Shown here in pieces: positions 1 to 11,760 of a stretch of DNA of 64,000 bases. Made by a program: the position numbers and the translations under genes. This DNA comes from Callorhinchus milii (taxonomy: Eukaryota), in the NCBI RefSeq assembly GCF_018977255.1, contig NW_024704743.1, positions 109,680,001-109,744,000 of the forward strand, in the 5' to 3' direction. Below the pieces are notes generated by a model, which saw only the letters and a list, made by a program, of their open reading frames with translations, did no database searches and was not told the origin of the DNA. Positions within the stretch are counted from its first letter, which is position 1. The number at the start of each line of letters is the position of its first letter.

Positions 1-930
1 CTGGTTGCAGATGGATAGAATGTCATCTGTCACTTTGACCTGGGCTGTTTCTGTGCTGGGGGTGGCACAGAAACCCGTGAAGGGAGTGGCGGGAGAGGAA
101 TGGCGAAGCTGAGAAGCAACAACTTGTTCCAGGACCTTGGAGAGGAAAGGGAGGTTGGAGATGGGGCAATAATTTGAGAATAACGATGGGTCCAGGAGGG
201 TTTTTAAGGATAGGACTGATAATGACTATTCTTAATGGGGTGGGAACAGTACCGTTAACAGGGAGAGCTTTATGATGTCTGTGAGCAGAGGGGAAGGAGG
301 TGGAGCTGGGAGGTAAGGAGAGGGGTAGGGATGGGGTGAAGGGAACAGATGGTCGGTTTCATGCAGGTTTTAATGGTGTGAGAGAGAAGTGGGAGACAGG
401 TTCGAAAGTATGGAGGGAGCGATGGGTAGGGGCCGGGGTGGGAGGGGGAGATGGGGAGGGTGTAGCAGACAGAATGGAAGAGGAAGCTGAAAGGATCCCC
501 TCAGCTTTGGATTCAAGTAAGTCCAGCATCACCTCGCAGTTGGCATTTGAGGTGAGGATGGGCGAGGTGTGAGAGGGTGGAAGGAGGAGTTGGTTATGGA
601 GAAGAGGAGCCTGGGTTCTCCTTGGCCTCCAAGATTGTCCAGGAGTAGAACGACAATTTAGCAGAGGCAAGTGTGGAGCGATAAGATTTGATAAGGTCCG
701 GCCAGATCTGCCGACCGTTAAGTTTGATTTAAACCAGGTGCATTCAGCGGCATGCACCTGTGCTTTAAGGGAGTGGAGGTGGCTGGTGTACCATGGTGAC
801 TTATGTGAATAGGAGACATTTTGGAAAGAGAGGGGAGCAAAGGAATCAAGAGTGGAGCAGAGGGAGCTGTGGAGAAGAGTGACTGAGGAAGATAGGTCAT
901 TGCGGGAGGAAGCCCATAACAAATCCTAGC
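1..930 (-). mobile_element. Decayed L2-clade LINE fragment (ORF2, region upstream of and entering the RT domain)
   Basis: Aligns by eye to the young L2 at 9700-10350 (e.g. ccaggaccttggagaggaaagggaggttggagatggg vs ccaagaccttggagagaaaggggaggttggagatggg). ORF 359-922 contains MLDLLESKAEGI...LHTFEPVS, matching [12 protein letters not shown]...LHTFVPVS. Frameshifted. Confidence 0.9.
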
Positions 931-1457
931 TACATGAATGAGGGGCTTCTTCTGGTAATGTTATGCTGACCCTCAGGAATACCATCTGATGTGACCCAGA
1001 GAGGTTGCTCAAGAATTATATTAATAAATTTTATGTTTGATGTAGCACCTATAACATTGAAATGACACAAAGCATGACACAGGGAGTCTCCGTAAAGTGT
1101 GGTGATTGTATTTGCAGGTGGCCAGTTTGCACACAGCAATATCACACCTTGTAGCAGTTCTACAATATGGGAGTCTGGGGATAATTTTTGTTACTGTAAA
1201 GTGTAATGATTTGTTTAATACCGAATCCTGTTTAGAAGTATGGCAAATTAGACTCCACTCCCCTCCAAAACCAAACAGGTAAACAACACAGCTGTTCAGC
1301 ACAGAAGGAGGCCATTCAGCCCATTTTATCTGTTCCACAATACTGACCTTTATCATTGACCGTAATTTCAACGTGTCATTTCACACACCGGTTTATTTTT
1401 AACAATGTTACATAAAGAAAAAGCATTGGGAGAAAGACTGAAGTGACAGGTGGGTTT

Positions 1458-1828
1458 TATAATAATAATAATAATAATCCTTGCATTTGATATAGCACCT
1501 TATCATGTCTTCAGGATGTCTAAAGTGCTTCACAGAATTTATTGTAAAGTGATTTGACTGTATATTTTGTGGGTGAAACATAGCAGCCAATGGCAGTGCG
1601 CAGCAGTGTCCCACAAACAGTCGTGGATTGAACGGATCAATTTTTTTTAAGGAATTATTACCCCTGGAAAAGCGATCCGCCAATTAACTGACAACCGGGT
1701 TCCTATTTACTGTTAGGTAAACAGAGGCGTGTTTAGTAAGGAAACTTGCCTAATATTTCGGCCTGTTGGGAATTGAACCCAGGGCTCTCGCTTGCAAGGC
1801 AAGTGCTTTAACTGCTGAGCTATAGACT
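1458..1828 (-). mobile_element. tRNA-derived SINE family A, long variant
   Basis: (TTA)n tail, L2-like 3' end, internal ctctgtttacc..gcagtaa segment, decayed tRNA head. Confidence 0.85.
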
Positions 1829-2297
1829 GAGCTATATTTGTTATGGACAATTATCATGTGGTGGATTGAATCAGTCTGGCGCCCAGTTTGCGAACTGCCA
1901 GGAGCATTGATGTAACAGACAGACAGGGAGCAGGGAATAGTTCGTTAAAAAAAATGACAATTTAATTATTCATACGATGGGCAGAAGTCTCGCAACGCAA
2001 TTGATTTTTCTGTCCTTCAGGAGCTTCTGCACATTGTGTGTTTGATGCCACTGACTGTGCTGAATTATTTAACCTGCAATTTATCCTCTGTGTCTTAGAA
2101 CTGAATTCCAATATTGTACAACTGAGGCTGTTCCCCCTCCCCTGACACACACAAAAACACACACTCACACATAGTTTGTCAACTTCTTTTTACTAGGTTT
2201 ATGTGGAGTTTTCTAAAGTACCTTGTATTCACACGGGATCTTTCAGGTTAAAAAAAAAGTCTTACTAAGTGAGAATAAAGTCTGGGATTTTTTGGGG

Positions 2298-2420
2298 GGT
2301 CAGCCAGGTATCTGACAAACCTATCTTCTTGCTTAACAGTTTCTAAATCAGGCTGACAGTTCCACATGTGCATGCCACCTACAATGGCAATTTCTAGGTG
2401 TCCAGAATGAAATGTGTGCT
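2298..2420 (+). mobile_element. Fragment of unclassified old repeat X
   Basis: gtcagccaggtatctgaca...gttccacatgtgcatgccacctaca matches copies at 18778, 43395 and 55375. Confidence 0.6.
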
Positions 2421-3046
2421 CTCTCTCTCTTTCTCTCCCCCTTGAGGGTCTTTTAATAACTGTAATCCTTTCTTTTGATACAGCACCTATAAACTTAAAA
2501 TGTCTCAAAGCGCTTCAAAGGTTATTGTTGTCAAGTGTGGCGAGTTTGTATTTGTACGCAGACAATTTGTGCATTGCAGTACAAAGTCTGACAAATCGCC
2601 ATGAAGTCACAAGCCAATTTATCTGGAGGACTTTTGATGTTCGGTTAAAGGAAGTTATTCAGGTCTTGATGTCTGACAGGTCAGCAGGGAGAAACTCACT
2701 GCTAGGCTTTAAAACATAGACGCATGGTTCACCAATGGGTTGATGAGTGACAGATATTGAAGTGGGAGTTTTCTCAGCTCAATAATTGTTTGACAGCTTG
2801 TGGAAGTTGCCATTTTTTTAAATTGCACATGAACGTTGTTTATTTAAGATGTTCAGTCTGGTGCAAGGATTTTGTCAATATTGCACTGGGGATCGCTTCT
2901 GTATATGACTCAATGGGTGTCACTGTAGAAACTACATTTAGCAGCTACAGTACTTAGTGAGTCAGTCAAATGGAACAAGTGTGGTATTACACCTTAAAAG
3001 CCTTCGAGTATGGGGTACACAGTAGTGTCTTACAGTAACGTCCTTA

Positions 3047-3896
3047 TCAAAGACGTTAAACACGGTAGCTATTTTAGCTATTTTACTGTACCAATTTGCA
3101 TCGAAATGAAGAAACTCTTTTCTCTTTTTGCACAGTGTTGCAGAATCTTTAACACCCATATGAAAGCCTGAAATCACCGGTTACTTCAATCACCAGTCCT
3201 TTCTTATTGATCCTCTTGATCAATGGCACAGTGGTATTTCGTTTACTACAGAAAAAAGAAAGTAACTGTGTTAGTGGGAGACTTAGCATTTCAAAATTTT
3301 CACAGGATTTTTAACATAAAGTAGAGTAACTGTGTATTTTATAGGAGAACACCGATCCAATTTGCTTGCAGCAAAATCTCACAAACAACCATTGAGTTAA
3401 TGAATTTGGAAGATTGAGGTCAGGACACTGGGAAACACTANTTTTTTTTGCTTTTGATCGGGAAATAAAGGTTACGTAACATGACAATACAGATTTGAGA
3501 GAATACATTATACACCATCTCACAGTTTAATTTCATCCCGTGGCATACTGTGTTCCAGTAAAGCATTACACTCAGCGAGCATTTGAATGCTTAATCCTTA
3601 ATAAGTCTAATTTCCCAAGGCTGTTGTTATCAGGGAAGGAACATAAAATGTGTAAAGGCGAGGGGGGAGGGGAGGGGAAGCTTGCTCTGGGTAACGCACC
3701 AGTGCACTGCACAATTATGAATGCAGTTGTACATTTGAATAATTAATTATACATTAAAGCTTTTATTCCCCTCTACAGGGCGTCCGGAAATCAAGGACGT
3801 TAAACACGGATTTAGCTATTTTACTGTACCAATTTGCATCGAAATGAAAAAATTCCTTTCTCTTTTTGCACAGTGTTGCAGGATCTTTAACATCCA
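3047..3896. repeat. Local direct duplication of about 110 bp (3047-3156 and 3791-3896)
   Basis: Both copies contain gacgttaaacacgg..tttagctattttactgtaccaatttgcatcgaaatgaa..tttctctttttgcacagtgttgcag. Confidence 0.9.
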
Positions 3897-4062
3897 CCTG
3901 AACAGCCAGACAGTTTAATGCCTCATCCAATGGCTGGCAGTTCCCATAATATGCTTTCCCTCCCCCCCACCTCATAGGACTGTACAAGAATGCCAGTCTG
4001 GGCTATGAGCTGAAAGAATCCTGTTAGCAGCTTTCTCAAACTACACAATTCCACTGACAAAT

Positions 4063-4447
4063 AATATAATAATAATAATAATAATCCTTGCATTTGATAT
4101 AGCACTTTTCACTTCTTTGAGACATCTCAAAGCGCTTCACAGAATATGCTGTAAAGTGAATTGACTATATATTTGTGGGCAAAACATGGCAGCCAATTGT
4201 GTACAGCAGTGTCCCACAAATAGTCATGGATTAAAGTGACCAATTATTATTATTAGCTTTTTTGGCAGGAATTATTACCCCCAGAAAAGCAATCCGCCAA
4301 TCGACTCACAACCAGGTTCTTACTTACTGCAAGGTAAACAGAGGCGTGTGAAGTAAGGAATCTTGCCACACATTTTACCCTGCCGGAATTCAAACCCAGG
4401 TTTCCTGCTTACGAGGCAAACGCTCTAACCACTGATAGCAGAGGTCC
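4063..4447 (-). mobile_element. SINE family A, long variant
   Basis: Same body, (TTA)n tail and tRNA head as the copy at 17202. Confidence 0.85.
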
Positions 4448-4489
4448 TGATTTCTGGATAGGAACGTACACTATGATGTACATTTTTCA

Positions 4490-4890
4490 ATTTGTGGGGC
4501 TCAAAGGGGAAGGGGGAGGTGACCATAGCACAGACAAAGAGGAAGGTTTGAAAGTGGAATGTGAGGATGACTATAGAGGGAGTGAAGTGGAGGGGTAGAG
4601 ACAGGGAGTCCTGGATGTTAGGGCTGAAGGCTTGGCCACCGATGGTGATGCAGACAAGGGCAGAGGTCATGGCGAGGGGAGGGGAAGAGCAGAGAAGATG
4701 AATACAAGAAGATCACAGAGATAGGAGGTGCTGTGCTGTGAAAAGATTTGTAGGTGAGGGTGATGACCTTGAAGATGATGCACTGGGAGACAGGAAGTTA
4801 GTGGAGTCTGATGAGGATTGGACTGATGGGAGTGCGGAGTTTGGTGCGGGTAAGGATGTGGGCAGTAGAATCTTGAATTAGCTGGATCTT
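4490..4890 (-). mobile_element. Decayed L2 3' fragment
   Basis: ggctgaaggc..ccaccgatggt and gtgagggtgatgaccttgaa align to the L2 at 8640-8930. Confidence 0.7.
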
Positions 4891-6277
4891 GGATCTTGAG
4901 ATCAGCAAGGAATGGGGTGAGGTGAGAAATAGAGAGCAGAGGGAGAAATAAAGAAGAGAATAAGAAAATTCAATATCCTGAAGACAAATTAAGCCAATGC
5001 AATTATAAAATCGTTATATACACTATTACCTTGTTTTGCTCAGTGCTGGGTGTGCTCAGTGCTCATCCAACGTGTGATTCAAATATAAATTTAAATATTC
5101 TGAGAAACGCAATATTTCAATGTGATGATTCGTAACGTGCTCATATTTGAAAGAAAATCAGCCTCACCTTTGATCAGTTCCGCATATGATCAATGTGAAG
5201 CTTCAGATCTTTCCACTGCAGTTTGTTACATCTGAGAGCATTCTGTCGCAGTAATTGGTAACTTGTTTTAAGAGCCCGTGAAAGCATTAGCTTCCAAACA
5301 ATAGAGGATTCATCCAGTCAAAACAAAAATGAATGCTACAGTAAACAGGAATGAATTGCTATTGGGTGCGTTTATGCTCGAGAAAAAGGTTGGTCAAAGA
5401 ACTTTCCTACTTATGCGGCTAGAAAGTGGGCAATCTATTTACTCCCGAAAATGTTTTTTGGAATCTCTTCTCCGTCCGGCCCCCTTGAGATGAGAAACAA
5501 AAAGCCTTTTTCAGCATGCACTCCCTGTTTTGTCTCTCTGTTCCATTTTCTCCTCATCCCTTTCCTCTCTCATTCGCCTCTTATCTCTCCAGCCACACAC
5601 CCGGTCACAATGCCAGGTTTGAGCCTCTGGTCATGCTGCCTCAGATTACTAGTCAATGCCAATACCCAAACGGCATTATCCAGAAGTTGGAAAGAGATGG
5701 ACTCATTCAAATTGGCTACATCCCACCCTGTAGCAAACTGAGGCCTGAATTTTTTCACAGCCTTGACCTTAAAACAATTGCCCTAACAGTAACAATTTAT
5801 ATTTATACAGCGCCTTTCATGTTAGCAGTACATTGTAAATAGGGTTACCATATTTTTTAAGCCAAATCTAGAGACATGTGTAAAAAAAATTGAACTCACC
5901 AGAATTCCTGATGCTGGCAGTACTGGAGAATTTTATTGGATTAATAGCTGTGTTTCTCTGAGAGTATCTATTTTAGAATTTTATTGTTTTTGCTTAGTTT
6001 GTAGCTGATCTCAAGACAGCACAAATTTTGTCAGGGCTGTAATACCTTTATGGCTAAATGCAGATTATGAAGATCATATTATTGACATCCGATGTATTTC
6101 ACCACTGCATATATTGATTTGTCATCTGTCCTGCTTTGAAATTTACAGGATGAAAGGAGGTCATTCAGCCCTTTGTGTGTGTGCTGAGAATCTCTGGAAG
6201 ATCTGTAGGGCAGAATTACATCTGGACTGGAATTACTCCATTAGTGTGGCAGTTCTTGTTATAAAGAATAAAAAAAA

Positions 6278-6510
6278 TAATTCTTGCATTTGACTTAGTC
6301 CCTTATCAAGTCATCGAGACTTCTTAAATGTCTTAAGGAATTACTGTAAAGTGTAGTGACTGCATAATGCAGCACACACAATTTGTACACACCAATGTTC
6401 CACAAGAAACAGGAAATGACTGACCAATTTGAACTGGGAGATTGTTGTCCAGGACACTGGGAGAAACTCCCTTCTCTTTTTGAATAGTGCCATGAGATCT
6501 TTAACATTCA
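6278..6510 (-). mobile_element. SINE family B (SacSINE1/Deu-SINE-like), partial
   Basis: ccaggacactgggagaaactccc..gaatagtgccatgagatctttaac core plus L2-type tail. Confidence 0.7.
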
Positions 6511-6555
6511 AGTAGTCGTTCTATTCCAGATACATGGAAATTTTCCTGTGTAGGT

Positions 6556-6893
6556 GTGGAGTCCTGTAGCTCAGTGGTTAGAGCACTCGCTTTGCAAGCG
6601 AGAGACCTGAGTTCAATTCCAGGCAGGGCGAAACCTTGGGCAAGTTTCCTTACTCCACACGTCTAATAACAATCCCTCCAAAACAAAACAATAATAAATT
6701 GGTCATTTTCAATCTACGACTGTTTGTGGGACATTGCTGTGCGCAATTGGCTGCCGCGTTCGCCCACAAATATACAGTCAATTCACTTTACAGTGTGTTC
6801 TGTGAAGCGCTTTGGGACATCCTCCCGACATGAAAAGCGCGATATCAAATGCAAGGATTATTATTATTATTATTATTACTATTATTATTATTA
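6556..6893 (+). mobile_element. SINE family A, young short variant, inserted into a repeat-X copy
   Basis: A-box TAGCTCAGTGG, B-box GTTCAATTCC, tRNA-like head, L2-type 3' stem-loop, (TTA)n tail. Flanks 6519-6555 and 6894-6930 rejoin to repeat X on the minus strand. Confidence 0.95.
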
Positions 6894-8331
6894 TACATAT
6901 GTGGAACTCTCTGCTTGATTTGGATACTTTTGGTCTCCCTCAATCCCTCCGCATTGCCCTATCCTTCCCCATTTTCAGATCATGCTTGATCTACCTCTTC
7001 GACCGTGTTTATGGTCACCTTTCCTCTCTACCTGGCTTGGCATCAGGCTCCATCACTGCTAAATGCTCCAAGACACCACAGTGCTTGAAAGGCACAATAT
7101 GAACACAAGTTATTGTTAATGTTGTTGCAGGATTTCCACCGGTGTCCGACACCCAACTGACCAAAGAAAAACACTCAGCTCTCTGACGAAGTGAATTCCT
7201 ACACAATTCAAGCCTGCTGAGCAGTTAGCACCTTTCAAGGAAATTACACTGCAATCTGCGATGCATTCCTGTGCATTGAGCATAAAGCATTGGAGTAAGA
7301 ATGCAGTGAGGTTGAACTGTATCTATTTGTGACAAAATGAGGGCTTGGAAGTAGACCAAGATTGATTCAGACAATGAACTGAATTTATATCATAATGAGC
7401 CAATTGATTGGTTGATGGTAAATAGATTCTTTAAAACACTTTACATGATATTTTATTTTATATCATTCCACAGTCAGTATCGAACTTGAAAAGGAACATC
7501 TCTGAGGGGCTTTGGAGGTTTGCCTACAAATACACAGCCACTCCACTTTACAATCTATCCTTTGAAGCACTTTGACATGAAAGGAACTATTATTATACTA
7601 TTACTGTAAGATACCAGGTGGGATTGAAAAAGTAAACCCAGACTGATTTATTCCATTATACTAAGGCAGCAGAACAAGTGGACACGGGGTCAGAGATTGT
7701 ATAAGGCAACTTTAGGAAAATCGCCAGGTCGGATTTCATTACATGGAGGAGTAATCAGCAGCAAGAACTAGGGTTACCTGGTTACTGAGACTCATTTCAG
7801 AAAAACTTGATGCTATGCATTTATATAGCATCCTTCACACAGGAGAGCATCTCGAAATGCTGTGTATTGAGTACAAAGCATTGGAATAAGACTGCAGTCA
7901 GGTTGGTGAGGTGGATGTTCTGCAAGGATGCGATCAGATGGTCCATTTCTCTGTCTGAACGTCTCATGTAATACTTTGCGAAACAGCACTGGCTTACTTT
8001 TTTGGGCTTCTTTTAAAGGATTTGAAGGCAGCCTGAGACGATGTTGTAAAACAGGAACACGTCCGACGATACGGAGTTGTGTGGCCAGCATGAGCTCGAA
8101 AGCTCTGCTGCTGTTCCACACCTCCTCATTCACACCCTCCTCCCCCAGTCTGGTGACTCACTGCAACTTCTCAGTCCCTGCCACCTCGTCCCCATAGCAA
8201 CAGCCCCGGCAACAGCATGATGCCACCCTGCACTCGTCCACCTTCCATTTAAGCGCTGGCTTTTAAAATGGTTATTTTACCAATTATCATTCCCTTTGAA
8301 AACACAGAAGCAAACCTTGAAGGGAAAGATA

Positions 8332-10351
8332 AACAACAACAACAACAACAAGATTCCATTTATAAAGCGCCTTTCACGTCAGGAGGACGTCCCAAGGCGC
8401 TGCACAGTTGGGTCATGACCCGAGCAGGGGGGAAATGGTCAGGGTGAGGGGAGGGAAGGGAGGGAGCAAGGAGGGGGGAAATGGTCAGGGTGAGGGGAGG
8501 GAAGGGAGGGAGCGAGGAGGGGGAAGAGAGTCGAGAGGGGAGCTGAAGGCACGGTCAAAGAGAAAGGTTTTGAGACCGGCCTTGAAGGAGGAAAGGGAGG
8601 AAGCGGCGAAGGCACTGGGGGATGGAGTTCCAGAGCCTCGGGGCTGAGAGGCTGAAGGCCCGACCACCGATGGTAGGGCGGTTGGGGCGGGGGACGTGGA
8701 GCAGACCGGAGCCAGAGGAACGGAGGGTACGGGCAGGTAGGTAGGGGGATAGTAGGTTGGAGAGGTAGGAGGGAGCAAGGCCGTGAATGGCCTTGTAGGT
8801 GAGGATGAGGATCTTGAAATCAATCCTCTGGGGGATGGGGAGCCAGTGGAGGCGAGCGAGGGTGGGAGTGATGTGGTCGCGAAGCCTGGTGCGGGACAGT
8901 ACACGAGCTGCAGAGTTCTGAATGACCTGCAGCTTGTGGAGGGAGGTGGCGGGAAGGCCGGCGAGGAGAGAGTTCCCATAGTCCAGCCTTGAGGTGACAA
9001 AGGCGTGGACCAGGGTTTCAGCAGCGTGAGGGGTGAGGTAGTGCCGTAGTCTGGCGATGTTCCGGAGGTGATGGAAGGCGGTGCCAGTTGTGGTGCGGAT
9101 GTGAGGGAGAAAGGACAGCTCAGGGTCGAACAAAACGCCGAGGTTCCTGACTGGCTTTGAGAGGTGGAGAGTGCAGCCTTGGATGCTGATGGTGTCAGCG
9201 CCTGAGGTGCGGAGGCGCTGACGTGAGCCAATCAGGAGGGCCTCGGTTTTTCGCACGTTGAGCTGAAGAAAGTTGTCTCTCGTCCAGGACTCGATGTCGG
9301 ACAGGCAGGCTGTCAGGACATCGGTGGTCGTGGAGTTGAGAGTAGAGGAGGAAAGGTAGAGTTGGGTGTCATCCGCATACATGTGGAAGTTAACTCCATG
9401 TCTGCGGATGATGTCACCAAGGGGGAGCATATAGAGGGTGAAGAGGAGGGGACCGAGGACAGAGCCCTGAGGGACACCACATGAGACAGTACGGGGGGTG
9501 GAGGAGAAGCCATTCGTTGAGACAAAGTGAAGACGGTGAGAAAGGTACGACCTAAACCATTCAAGGACAGTGCCTTGAAGGTTGAGGTGGGAGGACAAGC
9601 GGTGGAGTAGGATAGCGTGGTCGACCGTATCGAATGCTGCCGATAGGTCGAGGAGGACGAGGAGACAGAGGGAGCCCTGGTCACAGATGGTCAGGATATC
9701 ATTGGTGACCTTGACCAGGGCAGTTTCTGTGCTATGGGCAGCACGGAAACCTGACTGAAGGGGTTCAAAAAGAGAATGGGTGGAAAGGAAAGAGCGCAGT
9801 TGGGAGGCGACAACTCTTTCCAAGACCTTGGAGAGAAAGGGGAGGTTGGAGATGGGCCGGTAGCTTGATAGCTGCGACGCATCAAGGGAGGGTTTTTTCA
9901 GGGTGGGCGTGATGATGGCAGTTTTTAATGGAATGGGGACAGAGCCAGAGGAGAGGGACAGGTTGATGATGTCAGTGATATGTGGGGCAAGAAAGTGGAG
10001 CTGGGAGATAAGGAGTGGAGTGGGGATGGGGTCAAGGGAGCAGGTGGTTGGTTTTAGGGATAGGATGAGTTCAGTGACAGAGGGTGGGGAAACGGGTACG
10101 AAGGTGTGTAGGGGAGGATGGGTAGGAGTCGGAGTGTGGGAGGGAAGGGGTGGGTGGTGGGTGGAAGTTGGAGGGGAAGTGACCGCGGAGCGGATTCCCT
10201 TGATCTTGGATTCAAGGAAATCCAGCATCTCCTCGCAGTGAAGGTTGGAGGAGATGACCTGCGCGGGGTGGCGGGGGGGACGGAGGAGTCGGGTTGTGGT
10301 GGAAAACAGTAGCCTGGGGTTGTTCTTCGCCTCCAGGATTATCCTGGAGTA
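8332..10351 (-). mobile_element. Young 5'-truncated L2-clade LINE, about 2.0 kb, with (TTG)n tail
   Basis: RT ORF, C-rich 3' UTR, terminal stem-loop at 8367-8400, (CAA)n on the + strand at 8332-8350. No endonuclease domain is present. Confidence 0.97.
8555..10228 (-). pseudogene. L2 ORF2 reverse transcriptase domain and C-terminus (557 aa open; 5'-truncated; frameshift near the C-terminus)
   Basis: Non-LTR RT motifs [61 protein letters not shown], and the L2-type [13 protein letters not shown]. The typical end [14 protein letters not shown] is in another frame (ORF 8485-9231). Confidence 0.95.
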
Positions 10352-11389
10352 TAAAAACAGCTATGGTGGAGTGAAGGTTGGATCTACCATTGGACATCCC
10401 TTCCCCTTTGGTTGCTTGACTTGTGTAACTCACATTTGGTTCCCAGAAGGAATCCCAACTCTTATTAAGGAATCCCTTTAAAAATTGTCACACAGCACAG
10501 AACATGAAACAATCAGAAACAAAAGTCACTTAATATACAATCCTTCTTGACCTCCACACCAGGGTTAGGCCAGTCAGTCCTAAAATGTGCACTGCCTCCT
10601 CCTGCATAACATACAGACACTGACACCATACCCAAGATCACTTTCACTCATCTCAATAGGAATGTGGGAATCTCTCATCTGACACCTTATCAAACGCCTT
10701 CTGAAAATCTATGTCAATTACATTTGTCGATCCTCCTTATTTTGTGGGTGAACGCGGCAACCAGTTTGTGAGACACTGCTGTTTGGAAACTAGCTGCCGC
10801 ATTTGCTTACAAAAATACACAGTTACTACACTTTATGGCAAATCCTGTGAGGTGCTTTGAAATGTCCTCCCATGATGAGAAAACGCTGTATGAAATGAAA
10901 AGGATTATTTTTTATTTCCATCTGTATTTCATGGAGACTGAAGAGCAATTTCCTGCTGTTTTATTGTCAGCCGAGGTTGGTGTGAGCTTGATTGTTTGGA
11001 TCTATCCAATTGGTGCAAGTTGCAAAATAAACTTGGAAGAAGTGCAGCGGTAATTTGTGGTTACCAAGAAAAAGATTACTGAGGGTGTTCCATAAAAATA
11101 AACCTGACAATTGTAAATTTGAGGCAAAATCCACAATCAGCAGTTAACATGACAAGTAGAACTGGCATAAAAAAGATTGCCCAGACACAAAAACATAATG
11201 TGCTTTTTGTAAAAAGTCGAGTTTCACTGAAGGTGAAAATATTATTATTGTTCTTTTTTATGTACTTTGTTATTTTTTAGTAATGTGTTATTATTGATTT
11301 TTGCACTAAAGATTCTTCAGCAAAAACATTTGATTATCAATCATGGATCAACGCTGCAAAGTCTAACATAGAGTGTTTTTGACAGTCAG

Positions 11390-11760
11390 TAGTAATGATA
11401 GTCCTTGCATTTGAATGCCACAGGATAAGCTGCAAATTGTACTTTGATGTGTATTTTGTAGGAAAATGCAGCAATGTCCCACAAACAGCCATGAAGCAAA
11501 TGATCACTTTTCTCTGGGGGATTGATTATCTGGGGGATTGTGGGGAGAAAATCCGATCCCTTTCGAATAGTATTTACGGAATCTTGAATGGCCATCTGAA
11601 AGGACAGATAGTTAATGTCTCATCCAAAGGATGGCACTTTTGACAGTGGAGCACATCCCCAGCACTGAATTGTTATGTCAAACTTGACTATGTGAGGTCA
11701 ATGTCTCAATGTGAGGGCTTGAACTCAGAAACTATTGAATCAGAGATGAGATTGCTGCCA
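11390..11760 (-). mobile_element. SINE family B, near full length, decayed
   Basis: Tail, Deu-like core (gttaatgtctcatccaaaggatggcac) and tRNA-like head (ggcttgaactcagaaac..tgaatcagag). Confidence 0.75.

Noticed and set aside
5840..5853. hAT-like terminal sequence tagggttaccatat
   Set aside because: I found no matching opposite terminus or TSD
6558..6631. Apparent tRNA-Ala(TGC) gene
   Set aside because: It continues directly into a SINE body and tail, and occurs in many copies with variable anticodons
8485..9231. 248-aa Ser/Pro-rich ORF overlapping the L2 RT
   Set aside because: It is a shifted frame of C-rich L2 sequence; only its end carries the true L2 C-terminus after the frameshift
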